The notes under the pieces are model-generated. The model made no database searches, had not been told where the DNA came from, and saw nothing but the letters and a program-made list of their open reading frames with translations. From Raillietiella orientalis (Eukaryota): a DNA stretch of 64,000 bases. The position numbers were made by a program, and so were the translations under genes. Position 1 is the first letter of the stretch. Each line of letters opens with the position of its first letter. The stretch lies in assembly GCA_036172245.1 (NCBI GenBank), contig JAYWIR010000013.1, forward strand, positions 1,178,001-1,242,000, in the 5' to 3' direction. Shown here piece after piece: positions 49,038-62,700 of the stretch.

Positions 49038-51168
49038 TTATTTTTTGTTTAACATCTGCATTTCTTCCTTTATACGTGCTACAAGAATTGCAGTGGGATT
49101 ATTTACCGGGAGTTTGCGTCGAAGATCTACTGGGTCTGAATACCGGAGTTGCATGTGAGTGCAACTGTTTACCGATAACGGTTGTTGCACATGTCTTAAT
49201 GGGTTAGAATCAATAGTTACATCTTCGCACATCCGTGATGTACACAGCTGCAATGAATCAAATGCAGTTTCCTTCTTGAAATATTTCTTGTTTGATGGAA
49301 GTTGCCAAAATTTGGATCTAAAAAAGCAATTAATAAATGATAGGATTCTAGATAAATGACAAGTAAAAACATACTTTACATTGCTAGCAGATTGCATTTT
49401 ATTCTTATTTGGGCTGCTCTCAGCGTTCATTAGAGTAGGGCGCACAGAATTTTGAGCGGTTTTCGACCAATGACATGGTGAAGAAAATTGCTTGGTAACA
49501 GAGGTTTCAAAATTAGGACGAGGAAGCTTCATAGATTTGGCAATACTGATACAAGGCACATTTGCAGTTAACCTGGAGTTACATGAAGGAGTCCTATGCA
49601 GCTAGAAAATACTTTAATAAAAAAGTCGACTATTCTGTTTTCAAAATACCTTAACCTTTGGACTCTCAGTTTCTACGGCCGGTTCGCTGGACTTGGTCTT
49701 TAGCTTGCAGAACCAAGCTGCTGCCAGCAGAAGGCTGAGCAATACAATACTGAGTATGATACTTGCCCAACCCTCAGTCACAAAGCGAGTTTCTACTCTA
49801 GGTTGGTGGAGTGGCAGTGCAGGCTGGATGAAAGCTAAGGCAACTCTTCTTCATCATATTATATGATACTCACATTCAGGTTTGTCAACTAGTGTCAGAG
49901 GGAACATCACTTCATTAACAGTGCTGGATGTCAATTTTGATATGCCTTGAGCAATTTCCTCAACTGGAATTGGTACTCCATGGTTCTGAATTGCATACAT
50001 AACTCCCAAAGTGTCTTCTGTTTGATATGACCAGTTAACAAGGCGTATCTCAACAGGAGAATGAAATATTGATAACTGATCACTTCTAATAAAACCATGA
50101 GGGTGCAACCGCTTCACATCAGGTTTGACCAAAGCTAATGCATAGAGTTTTGCCAGTCTTGAAGGTAAGAGAGGCAAAAATGAAGTTTCCTTATTTCCTG
50201 GATATTTAACTAAACTATAAACCAGATGATCCAAATAAAGCATGGCAGCAGATGGTGATTCCCACCCTTGAGAACAATTGAGTGGCTGAGTACCAAGCCA
50301 TTGCGATGGAAAAACAAAGTCAGGCATTAAGACTTTTGTTGTTGACACCCATCCTCTTCCTGGCAATGGAAAGTATGCTTTGTGGAAGCAGAAAGCAGAA
50401 GTGAGGTTTGGACTATCGACAGAATATGGCAGTATTAAAGAATTCCCCTGAGTAAGCCACATAATATCTTCCAACATCAAGTCATCTTCCACTTCTCTAT
50501 GCAATTTTAGATGCAAAAGAGAACTTCTTAGATTTTTCTCATTTTCCTCATCTAAAAATGGAGGAGCTAATGGTGCTTGCAGGTGATTGAAGCATGCATT
50601 GCATTCCATGCTAAAATAGTGCTTTTACTATAACTGTGTGCCACACAAAGATTCCAAAATTTCCAAAAACAAAACCAGACAAACAAAGAAGGCTCTTGCA
50701 AAATTGCTTTTAAAGCTTTATATGAGGGTCTTCTGTAATAATATCTTGGGAAAGAACACTTTCCCAATAACTTACGAAATTGCAATAATTTCAAAAAGTG
50801 TGAAAGAAAAATAAGCCTTGATGTTTAATACCTTTGTCAATTTCTTTCTTTCTATGACTGCTCCATCTTAAATATCTTTTATAATTCTTTCTGGTATTTA
50901 CGGCAATATTCTCCGGGTCAATACTTAAATTTATGTAATTTGGTCTAGAAATATACTTTTTTAGCTGTGATGCATTCTTTGGCCCTTTCTCGACTATTTG
51001 GCATATTTTTTGTGGTATTATGAGGTTTTTTGAAAACATTTCTAACGTATCATTATAAAATAAGAACACACTCGATGGACAAGAACTTCTCCATTGAATA
51101 GTAATTGAATGCACCAAAGCCAGAGCCAGTATTAGGATAAACTGTATTCTGTGCTGCACTGAACCCAT
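49038..51168 (-). CDS. Multi-exon single-pass membrane protein, UPF0606/KIAA1549 (DUF3827)-like; internal splice sites not all resolved
   Basis: Signal-like MGSVQHRIQFILILALALVHS; LPSRLAKLYALA..VEIRLVNWS..VMYAIQNHGVPIPVEEIAQGISKL; TM WASIILSIVLLSLLLAAAWF (~49715-49775); C-terminal AILVARIKEEMQML resembles KIAA1549 SLIKAIREELLRL. Confidence 0.55.
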
Positions 51169-54100
51169 GACTTCTGGAATATTACACTGTATTTCGTTGA
51201 AATACCAAAGTTGACCCTTCAAGAACTTCAATACTTTACTGAGATCCTTTAATAACTAACGTTTGTTATGAGAGTGCTGCTTACCATTTGAGAACTTCTG
51301 TATCGCAAAAAGGGATTTCCTATTGCTTTTCCATAGTAACGTGTAACTTCGTGGAAGGGGGGGGAGCAGCGATAAACATTGGGGCCCACAGTCCTATCAG
51401 AATTACATTTTCATTCTTGAAACCATCACAAAACAAGCACATCTCAAGTTGTAACAAGATAGCAGTAAGTTCAGGTTGTATAATTTTACGCGCATACGTG
51501 CACATACGCAAATATATTCGAAACAGTATATTTTGCAAGGATAACGACTCATCAGGTATAGTGAATCGAAGATAAAAACTGCAGTCACGGGAGTGATTGC
51601 ACTAGGCAAACATTATAGCTCTAATTTCAAAATTCAGTTTTAATTAGCCCGCCTACCATTCCAAAAGTGTCTCTTTTGCAGTAAGAAAAGCTAGTATACT
51701 AACATACATTATTGAAAATATCAGACTGGAAAATTATTATCCTGTGCAGTCAAATGTTAGAATGAAATCAGAACTGGTTATGTTTTCTGCTCAAACTGGT
51801 TAAGTTTGAGCAGAAAACAACAACCGTTTCATGATTCAATGCTCCTCAAATGAAGTTTGAGACCGTTCTTCAAATGGCAATTAACTACTGTGAATTACTG
51901 AATAAGATGCAAAACTTCTAACATTGCGTACTGATTGCACATTGATTGTGACAAAAGAGAACAAACTTGCAGCTTTGAATAGTAAATCTTCTGAAAACTT
52001 GTATGTTTCAATTGTTTTTTTTTTTTTATTTCTCCTGATGGAACAGTATCTCAAGGGGCGAAGCCAACCACTTGGTAAAGTAATAGCATTACATCATTTT
52101 TAATTTCATAATTGATTGTTGCCTGAGCTTACTGTCAAACTCATTCAGATGTGTTCAAAGCATTTCAAGACTGCTATCTGGAAAAAGTATGGAACAACTG
52201 AACATAAATCACAACTATATGGGTAGTAAACGTATTAACTAAGCATACAGAAGTTGTGAAAAAATATCATCGTGTTGCTTAAGACTTTGAAATCACTGTT
52301 GGTGAAAGTGTTTAAAGTAGCGATCGTTGTTTCCACTCTATTGAAGAAAGCTGCATAGACAGTTAGCTTTTTGAGACTTTTTGGCTTAGAAGTGAAAGCC
52401 TAACTGAGCAGAGGAATTCAAACACAAGTTCGTGACTTTTCAAGAAGTGCTGAAAGGAGATTCACGTTTTTCTGCTTTGGCAAGCGAGTTTACAAGGATT
52501 TTTGGAGACATTTTCATCACATTTTCTCAATTCTTCATGAGTTACATATGATGTAATGGGAAAGGCACTGTAAGTAATTCTGACCACGAAAGAGAATTCA
52601 TTTCCTTGTTTTCGTCGTGAAGAATCATTGATCAGAATAGATCATTGGAAGCATTTCGCAAGAAATCGAAGGCAGCGCCTGGCACGCTGCTGTGGTAGCA
52701 TATTAGAACGTCACCGATGCAGACCAGCTGGCAAAAATGAAATATGCTTTAAAGTTACGGAATGAAATATGCCTTAACTACAGAATGAAAGCAGTTAACT
52801 AACTTGCTACATTCGAAAACCTGAATCCATTAATCATGTTCAAATCTATAGTTAAGCAAAGTCTGTTTCTGAAAATCCCTTGTTGCATTAAGCAGAAGAC
52901 AAACTACACAAAAACAAGAGAATAAGTTTGTGATCATTCCGAAGCAGCGTTGGCAGCAGAATTTCCGGATCTAAGGGAGCTGCTGAATTAAGTTCTTGCT
53001 TCTATTTTTTTCAGCTCGTTATCTGTATGTGTGGTCTGTATCTGTATCTGTATACCCCAGTGTATGGTCATTTTTACATTAACAAACCCAAGATAATGCA
53101 TCAGCTGTCATCTTCTTTTACTGGACCGGACTTATTCCAGATCATTAGGAAAAGTTTCGAAATACTGCTTCAAACGATTACCTACTCGTCAATATTATTA
53201 CAATTCATTTTTACTGTCTTCGCATAAGACATTTTGGATTAGATTTTAAGAATTTCCAATATAAAGTCTGAACCACTTGCAATGAGAGAACATTATCCAG
53301 TAAGCATGACTTCCCTTCGCTGTTGCATTACACTTTGGTCCTTTTTCTTGATTATTAAAATTTCTAAATAAACCCATATGTTCAGTTTGAAATCTGATAT
53401 AGAGTAGAATTTTTCCTTTTTTATAGTACGGGATCTTAAGATTACAGCAGCTTAAGATTTTTTTTTCTAAAAAAAAATCTTTAAGCTGCTTTACAAATAA
53501 GCAATGCTATACTCGGGAAAGGTGGAACACGACATGCTCTGACATTGCCTTATAATAAATACTTGCTTTCTAGATACGAGAACTCTTTGGACCTTATTGA
53601 CTGCAATAAATTAGACTCATTGGGCAGCAGCTTGAGGTGTAACCAGAAAATAACATCTAACGAGCTAAACATCACTACTCCACTTTTACCATCTCAAATT
53701 AATCTTATTTTTTATCGCTATTCTACTTTTTTGCTTAGTTGCTTTCCGATTATAACTTCGGAAAGACTTTCCATTCGTCTTGAACTTTAGCATCTTTTGA
53801 GTAGCAACATGTCACTTTTTCAGAGCTAATGTGCTGTTACAGAGATTACTTTCTAGGAACATTATTCTTTCTATTGACAAATTTTATTGTAGTTCATGCT
53901 TCCATTACTGAATTCTACTAAGTTCGTGGGCTCGCTAAGAATCGAGTCGCTGATGAGCAAAACTAAATTTCTTGGCAGGCTCACAAAATGGCAAGCCCAA
54001 AGCCATCCGAAATACGTCAAACATTGGACAGACCTTCAAAACTTCATCCGCGTTTCTTAGCATGCTTACTGGTAGGATGAGACCATGGATGTTGCTGTAG

Positions 54101-56849
54101 GTGCGCAGCGTGTGATCCAAACCATCATTATTAACTACTGTGGACTGTAGCTGAAGTGACACTCATCCACGGCAAGCAACCGGAAATTCATTTCGGAACA
54201 ACGAACTACTCGAAATGCAAGTGAATGGCAAGAAGATTGTTTCAGAGAACGAAGCTAAAGGAAACTTGCTAAAAAGCATCTTAGTGCAAGAGAATTTTGG
54301 AAATTATGCTCCAGATGCTTTGAAGTACCTCAAGAAAAAATCTTCCATCGCTCACATTCTTATCAATATGTGAGATAATTGATTCCTTGTGATTTTGACG
54401 TTTATCCGCTGCTTTGTGATTTAATCGTGCAAGATAATTCCTAGGATTTCCTAGGAAATGATTAGTTTTGGATTTCCTTAGGAGAATCAATCCGAAATCA
54501 GCCAATTAATGCAAACTCCAAAAAAGGTTATATGCCTGGGCTGTTTGATACCGCAAAGGGTGTGCATCAACACCTTTTTTCTTTTTCTCTTATCCAAGTG
54601 TAATGAGAGAGTATTTTATAAAAGTCACGCCTTGTTCTGTGGAAACCGTGTCCATACATCGCTACAGTATTATGATTGATGAGATAGATATGCTCATCGA
54701 AAAACTGAATTGTGTTGGAATGCATTTTATGAAATCGTGCAAAATGATGTGCTATTGGAGACGGATAAACTGAAGCAGGAGGCGAAAGTAACGCACGCTT
54801 ATGCCACGTTCAGAGGACCAAACCATGAAAGTTTATTAAATCAGGCCGTCAAGTCAATAAAATAAAAGAAAACGGTGCTAACAACTCATGCGATCTCGTA
54901 AGCAGAGGAGATTCAGTGACTCCGATCTTCCCGATATTTGAGAAGTAATAAACCCAAGGCCGATTTGGCGTAAATGTGGGAAAATGATGTGTGGCAGATA
55001 TACATCATTGGGGCTACGATCGCAGAAGCTTGAAAAGATGCAACATGAAAATTTTTTCAAGCTGAGAGGGCTGCTGAGAAGACATGAAGACAAGTAGGGA
55101 ATAAAGCATTTGATAGAATTGAAGGCCAGATGTGTCTGAAGAGAGCATTCCATTCCAGCCATAACACCACACTTTGGAAATATGAGTTGAGAATCAACTA
55201 AGAGCTAGATGATGATGGTCTTACGCGATGACTCAAAAACGCAAGTTGATGAGAACCTGAAAAAAACGTGAAAATGACGATGAGTGATTAGAGTTATCCA
55301 TCGCGCTCCATGGTGTAATAATCATTTGTTAGCACAAGTGTCAGAGACTATGTTAAACCTGGTATCAGCACGGCAGCCACGGTTTGCCATTTTTATATGC
55401 CAGCACTCGGGCGCAAACATGGATAGTTTTCAAGCATGAACGTAATTCCCCTGAACCTCCACGTAAAGCAGCGAGATCCAATTCTCTCTTGCTGAATTCT
55501 TTCGGGTGCCTGACTGAGTGAGAAATGATTCCCAGGCACCGTAGAATAATTTTGTTCTTCACATGGAAAGCTTTGAGATTTTCTCCCCTGTAACCAGTGC
55601 GATTACTTTTTCTCAGCTTCCATCTCACGATCTGCACACTCGGATCTACAGTGGAAGCCCACAACTGCAAATGTATTCATCCCTTCTTTTTTTCTTTCTG
55701 GTTGCTAGCTATCTCTGAGACCGGTGCCTTCGTTTCATTGGGAATGTAAGGAACAAAAAGTACAGGGCGGGGCGAGCTAACCGCTACTTCCCGCAAACTG
55801 TAGTGTCCACTACTTGTTCGGAAACACTTGATACGTGGGGAGTTCGAAATTCGATGCAATTCAAACTGAGAGTTCGACCTAATTGCTTTCTCAAGAAATT
55901 AATTCTTTACGCTTGTCTCGACTCATAAGAAACAGGACGTCCATGCTTCAAAAGCTCAAAAGGTGCTCCCATCTCACGAGGCATTTCCTAAACGTAACGA
56001 GATCGCACATCAAAAGTAATGGGAACAAATCTTTGCTAAAGATGCAATCCAAGCTCAGCCATGCAGCCCACTATGATGTGTTCTTCCCGTAGATAAATAA
56101 CGGGCAGAACCGTGGGAGAGGGCTGTGGATGGCACTTTCATTCCGCGGTTTTCGTTTCTTAAGGAGTGTTTATGGCACTGGAGAAAGAAAAAAAAAAAAA
56201 AAAAAAAAAAAAGAGACACTTCATTCATGACTGTCATCCTTGTATTCATCGTCGTTACTTTATGCACTCGCAGCTAACAAGGCAAAAGGAGATTTCAGCC
56301 GCATGGTGTGATCGAAAGGTTCCCTTCTAAGCAGCCCGGAGTGACGTACACAGGTCCCCCCCTCCCCCCCGTCGCCGCCCATTTACACGAAAATGCATGC
56401 AGAAGACGAGATGAAAATCGGTATTCCTTCCAAGAAACCAATTACGACACTCCCGATACAAAGCTGGGATCTGCGTGATCTCCGCGAGTTGTCTTCAGCT
56501 GGAGATCGAGCAGACTCGCATATCTGGACGAACGCTGTGACGTAAGTCAGGAAAGATCTTCGGTTTTCTGATTCGGTGCCGAGATATACACCAGAGAGAC
56601 GCACTTCCGGGAGGCTGCTTTTCCATCACGAAGGCGGTGCGCCGATTCAAACTCGCTCGAGGATGTGCATTCCAGGTTATGCTGAGGCGCGCCTGAATGC
56701 GATGCCGTCTCTTTTCCCTTGGAAACTTCCTCATCCAGCATCCTCACTTTTTTTTTTTTTTTATTTTACGATCTGCTCGAAAGTTCGTCTTCGATGCAGA
56801 TCACGCAAACAAACGCTGGCAGTGGTTGTCGACAACCACCAACGACATG

Positions 56850-57700
56850 GTATACTTTTCCCATTTATCTCGTAGGCAGAGCCTTGGGAAGACGACCACA
56901 GCACGCGGTCCGAGAAGCTCTCCAGCTGGCAAACATCAACGTCAGGACACGCGCGTTAGTCACGGGGACACCATGGCAACGGGGTTCCTTCCGATCGACA
57001 ACACCGTTGCGGCGGTGCTTGGAGAATGCGTCCCCTTCGTCCGTGCGGGTCAATTTCCAGCGAGCCCATCACCTAGGAACCTGATCCATTCAAAATTCAA
57101 CGATCCCTGCCGGTTGAGAGCAAAGCGGCTTGGATTAAGAGAGAGAGAAAGAGAGAGGGGGAGAGAGAAAAAAAAAAAAAACAGCAGCGTAGAAGTTTGG
57201 GGAGTAATTCGAGGAACATAATGGAAATCAGGATCCCTTGCTGCGGAAGCAAAACGCACCACCGCGTTCATTCGCGCGGGAACCACGCCTCGCCGCGCCG
57301 TGCCCGATTCCTGGAAAATCGGCAAAGCAGCTCCTCTCGCTCGAGGACGAAGAGTTCCCAGCACGGCACGGCTTTCGCGTGGCAGCGAATTCCAAAAAGA
57401 CAAAAGCGTTGAAGGGAGCAGCAGCAGAAGAAGAAACCTTTGCAACCAACCGGTATGCAATTCGCTTCAAGATTCGTCGTGAGACAAAAGCAAACAGAGA
57501 AAGGGGGAGAGAGGGAGGGGGATGGAAACGTTCTGCACAGCTCAAGTATCCGAAAGGAAACACACACAAAAAAAAAAATTCATCACGCTCAACGTGCTGG
57601 CAACAAACAGGAACGGGTACTTCGTCCACCTCACTTCATAACGTATCTCGGGAATCCATCGCGCCAGATACAGAGGTACAAATTTTTTTTTCCTGTGGAA
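56850..57700 (+). mobile_element. Possible decayed Tc1/mariner-like transposase
   Basis: VLGECVPFVRAGQF (compare FSDE..F.+.G), SSVEVWGVIRG (compare SVMVWG.I) and EDEEFPARH (compare QD.AP.H) in correct order; no TIR found. Confidence 0.3.
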
Positions 57701-58254
57701 AAAATCCGGGTTTGCTCCGATGGAAACCCAACTAAAGGAAGTGGGCCATGTTATCTCGGACCAATTGCACGGGGCGGTTGTGACATGCAACCGATAATTT
57801 CCATCCTGGATACAAGTGGGGGAGTCTGGAGCGTTAGAAGGCAAGGTGCGCCGTGGTTACACGAGGTTTTAGGTATTCCTGAGAAATCACGAGCAGTTTC
57901 CATGGTGAGATTCGAGCATGCGCCAGAACTTTTCGATGATGCCTGACCATCCCGGCTTGCAAATAGTGACTGTAATCTCTTGGAACTGTTGACAACTGTT
58001 TTCCAAGTACTTGCCATTGATATCCTTTTGAAGGCTTTATGTTCCTCACTGCTGCTTGAATGCCCACTCCTTGGATGAAATCGGAATGTGCTGAGAGGGA
58101 AACTCGACTATCTCCGTTGTACAGCTTTTTTGTAATGATGCTAATTCCTTGAATATTGCGAGTGTAAAAAAAAAAAAATGCCTCCAGAAATCCCAAGCAT
58201 TATCCTTACGACGGAATACCTATCCTTAACTCTCGAGTGATCAAATCTTCCGTC

Positions 58255-59731
58255 ATGATTCGTAGCATTCCGTGTTACATAAAACACACTGTGCACGTAT
58301 GTTTGTTGTTGTCATTTATATTAGTAATACAGTTTGTGTATTACAAAAATAAAACGGAAGTTTTACCTGAATTCGATCCAATAGACTCTTATGGTTTGCA
58401 CTTAACCCTTCTTGTGTACCTTTTGAGGTATTCGGGACTTTTAGCTTTCCCTCAAACATTGTTCAATTTCTTAGGACTTATCACTTTCAATGCATTTGCC
58501 AACGACGTTTATGCAAACAACTGCCTTAGAACAATCCCGTTCATATGTATAAGAGTTGTGACACGAGGTGATTTCCCTGATTTGGTCAAGACGAACGTCC
58601 ATCGGCATTTGGAAACATGCCAGGAAGTTGGACTGGATAATTTTATCGTGGAAGTGGTAACAGATCGGTCTATAGGACTCCAAGAGAATCAGCATGTGAG
58701 AGAAATTGTGGTTCCTCCCACATATTCTACCAAAACTGGGGCTTTATTTAAAGCACGTGCCTTACAGTATTGCTGGGAAGAACATGTTAATGTTCTAAAT
58801 GATGAAGACTGGGTAGTTCATCTTGACGAAGAAACAGTAATGACAACAAACTCCATGAGAGGAATCCTTAATTTTGTTTTAACTGGTGACTGTCAATGTG
58901 GACAGGGTCTGATTACATATGCCAATGACCATGTAGTCAACTGGCTCACAACATTGGCAGACAGCTTTAGAGTGGGTGATGACATGGGTAAATTACAACT
59001 TCAGTTCAGGGTTTTTGGTCGCCCTTTATTCGGGTGGAAAGGATCTTATGCAGTAATTAAGGTGACTGGAAAATCAAACTTAAAACTTTTTATGAAAAGT
59101 TTACTTTCCTTCAGGCTGGTACTGAGCGTCAAGTGACCTATGATCATGGTCCAGATGGGTCCGTTGCTGAAGACTGTTTTTTCAGCATGGTAGCATATCA
59201 CAATGGCTACAAATTTGGATTCATTGATGGAGAAATGTGGGAACGCTCCGCCTTCACTTTGTATGACTTTCTTCAACAGCGCAAACGTTGGATTCAGGGA
59301 ACCATGCTAGTGGTGCATAGTAATAAAGTAAGTCAGCCTTCCAATAAGGTTGATGTGAGAAAACTTTGCAGATTCCAGTTCGTTGCAAAATATTCTTGTC
59401 TTGTTCGCTGTATGCCTGGCTTACACTCCCACTACACCTTTGTAATTTGGTCTTATGCCGTCTTTTTCCCCTCCCCTTTCCCAATGTAATCCTCTCTACA
59501 CTACTATTCATTCTTGCTGTTAACATTTACATGTATATGTTTGGTATCCTGAAGACCTTCAGTTTGCAACAGATTGGTCCTTTAAGAATGATTGTTTATT
59601 TGTTGGGAGCTGCATCCACACTGCCTGTCAATACCATAATTGAAGTAGCTGCTGTAATCTTGGGACTCTTTCAAAGAAAGCACCGCTTTTATGTTGTTCG
59701 AAAAGAACTGCCTACTGTGATTCCTGTTTGA
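58255..59731 (+). CDS. egh: Beta-1,4-mannosyltransferase egghead/BRE-3, 459 aa; join(58255..59061,59115..59327,59372..59731)
   Basis: FICIRVVTRGDFPDLV, GALFKARALQYC, WVVHLDEET, GQGLITY, LADSFRVGDDMGK, DGSVAEDCFF, LQQRKRWIQG; two short phase-0 GT-AG introns. Confidence 0.96.
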
Positions 59732-59765
59732 CAGTTACACTTTCAGTCTAGTCACTTGAAAAATT

Positions 59766-62700
59766 TTAGTAAAGATTTGCAATATTTTGCTGAGTACACC
59801 ACTTTGCAGCATTCACAAAGAAACGTAACCAAGGAGTTGCAAGTTGCTGAAATCCTTCTGGAGGAACATATGGCCACTGCCATGAGAGTATGCTCCTTTC
59901 AGGGTGAGGCATAAGAACCAAATGGCGTCCATCTGCGCTGCATATCCCAGCAACAGCTTCTTCACTACCATTAGGGTTCATAGGGTATTCATTGGTGGCA
60001 TGGCCATAATCATCAACATAACATAGAGCCACATGACATGAATTTAAGTGTTCAACTCCTTGAAATCGGCCTTCCCTGTGAGCAATCCATACCCCAAGAA
60101 TAGAATTTTCCATTCCAGTTAAAAAAATGCACGAAGTTTTCTCAATGCGTACCAAGCTAAAACGAGATTCGAAACGCCCAGAAGCATTGACTCCAAATGA
60201 AGCTTTGCATTCAGGCAAAGTGCCATCGTTCTCTTGTTCTGAGAATTATGTTAATTTAAACTTGAAATTCCTAGTTACCTTCTGATAGCCAATTTAACTG
60301 CATCATTGTTTGACACCCATTGCAAATTCCTAAGGTGAATGTGTCCTGGCGGCTACGGAACTGTTGGCATTGTTGCCTTATAGTCTTATGAAGATAAAGT
60401 GAAGCAGCCCAACCTCTGCCTGACCCTAAAACATCTACAATTATAACTAAAATAAATGCTTTTAGAAATATGGTCAGTCATTGCCTGCATAACTGAATCC
60501 TCCAGGAAGAATTAAACCTTTAAATCTGTCAATAGTAATTTTGCATTGAATAAGGTCTTCCATTGTAATATCCCAAACTTCGAATCCTGCGAGCAAGAGG
60601 GCTGCCATAAGCTCCCTGTCTCCATTGACACCTTCCTCACGAAGGATGGCCACCTTTGGTGTGTGCACAGCTTTGCACAAAATACAACTTTTAGATGATT
60701 TCATTTTGACAACAAAGAAAATCGTGCCAGTGACGTTAATTCAAAATCAGGCACTTTAAAACTTTAAACATTTAATGGTTTTCTAAGAGCATCTTATAAT
60801 GACTACTTTGCTAATATACCTGGATGGAGACAAATATGTGACACTTCAGGTATGTTGCAATCAAAGCGATAGGAGATTCCTTTACGCTTTAACAATCCGT
60901 CAAATTCTTGCTGTGCAGTTACAGCATTGCTCTGTAATTTGTCCAACCTATAACTGGTCTCTTCCCACGTTTGAAACCAAAAACCCAATTCTCCATTGAA
61001 AACTGTCTGATCAGCTATGGAAATTGATATCTGTATGCATTTTTTAATTACTCAGTTCTCATTGTGATTACAATTGACTGTGGTCCTGTATCTGTTGTCT
61101 GTCCAATATAATAGCAAGGCACATTGTTTTCAGAAAATTCTTTCATGACTATTTCTTTGTTTTCGCTTGTAACTTCCAATATCCAACCTATCTCCTCAGC
61201 AAACAAAATATCAATTGGTGATCCTGTTTTGTGTGCAATGTTGACCTCACAACCTACAAGGCCTGCAAAGCACATCTCTAACAAAGCTGTGATGAATCCA
61301 CCATCACTAATGTCATGTCCAGATTTCAGTTTTCTTTCTATATCATATAAATGTATCATTCATGAAAAATGCCAATGAGATGCTTACGTGAAATCAGTTT
61401 CTGGATTGTTCTGAAGCTAGTGCAAAACATTTCAGGCGAAACTACATCAGGCACTAAACCATAAAGCTGTTTAGAGCACTGGGAAAGTGCTGATCCACCT
61501 AATCTACTATGTTTTCCTGATAAATCGATCCAAAGTATATGGCCGATCTGACCTATGTGAGGTAATTTGAAATCCGGGCTAACTGTGAGTAGTATATCAG
61601 GGCAAGGGGCATAAGTAGAAACGACCAAGGAACCTTTTTAATTGGAAAAAAAATAAATACCATAGCTGTTCAATATGAGCATTACCTGGTGCTTACCTGG
61701 TGCCTTTATTATTTGTTCATTATATCGAGTCATCATACTCAAGGAATCCTTTCCACCATCAACAGCTATCCCCACACATTCCATAAATTCCACCATTGCT
61801 ACACATGCTGAAAACAGTTCGGATCCCTCTTCGGGAATTTTGGCCACCCACATCCAATTTGCACTACATTTGACATCCTGCAAAATAATATTCACATTCA
61901 AAAAGCACAGCGTAAACAACACGCTTATCCGTAAGCTCCAGCATTCCAAACCTAATGCAATGTCACTTTTTTAAAGTACCATTGCACTATCAAGTGTTTT
62001 AATTAAATTTTCTAGTCTACATGTTCTATTACTAGTTTCTGGTTTTATTCTATTTCCTTCATAGGCAGTTTTTGGTGTGCAAAATGCTTGGATAAAATAC
62101 GTTTTATGTGTTTAGACTACTAGCTGTCAATTAAACATTAGATTCGAGTCTTGGCTTATTTAACTGCCTGAATTATTTAAGAGATCCTTCCACCTTTAAA
62201 TCGCTGACTGCAGAAAATACAAGGTTTGTTAAAGCCTCTGCCACCGTCATCCTTGCTCCAGCTTTGGCATCCAAAAGAATTTTAATAGGCTGCTCTCCAA
62301 TTGCAGTAGCAACTCCCACCTGGTGATGTATTGCTAATTACGAGATGCCTTTATCGGATATGCTTACCTTTTCAAAATATGACATAGCAATGACTGCAAC
62401 ATCTGCAAGTGGAGTATGCAAAGGACCAACGCACTGCTGCTGAGCAACTAGTCCTGTTACCGAACGATCAACTTTGCTTGTGAGATATCTCTTGCTGGCA
62501 ACACTAGGAAGTCTTAGCACCAAGTGAAGAGCCTCTTCCACCGAAAGTTCAACAGGAACATCGGGTGATAAAGGTTTTGTGCGGGAAACTAAGTGGAATT
62601 GCTACTCGCAAATATGACACGTATTTTTCCAACTTATACTTACTTTGGCGGGCATGTCGCCCAATATAATACCAAGATCTAAATCTACTGTTTTTTTCAC

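Noticed and set aside
51320..54150. Scattered minus-strand mini-exons (TLRTYSNIHGLILP, LIGLWAPMFI), possibly a GPCR
   Set aside because: Cannot be joined into a coherent product.
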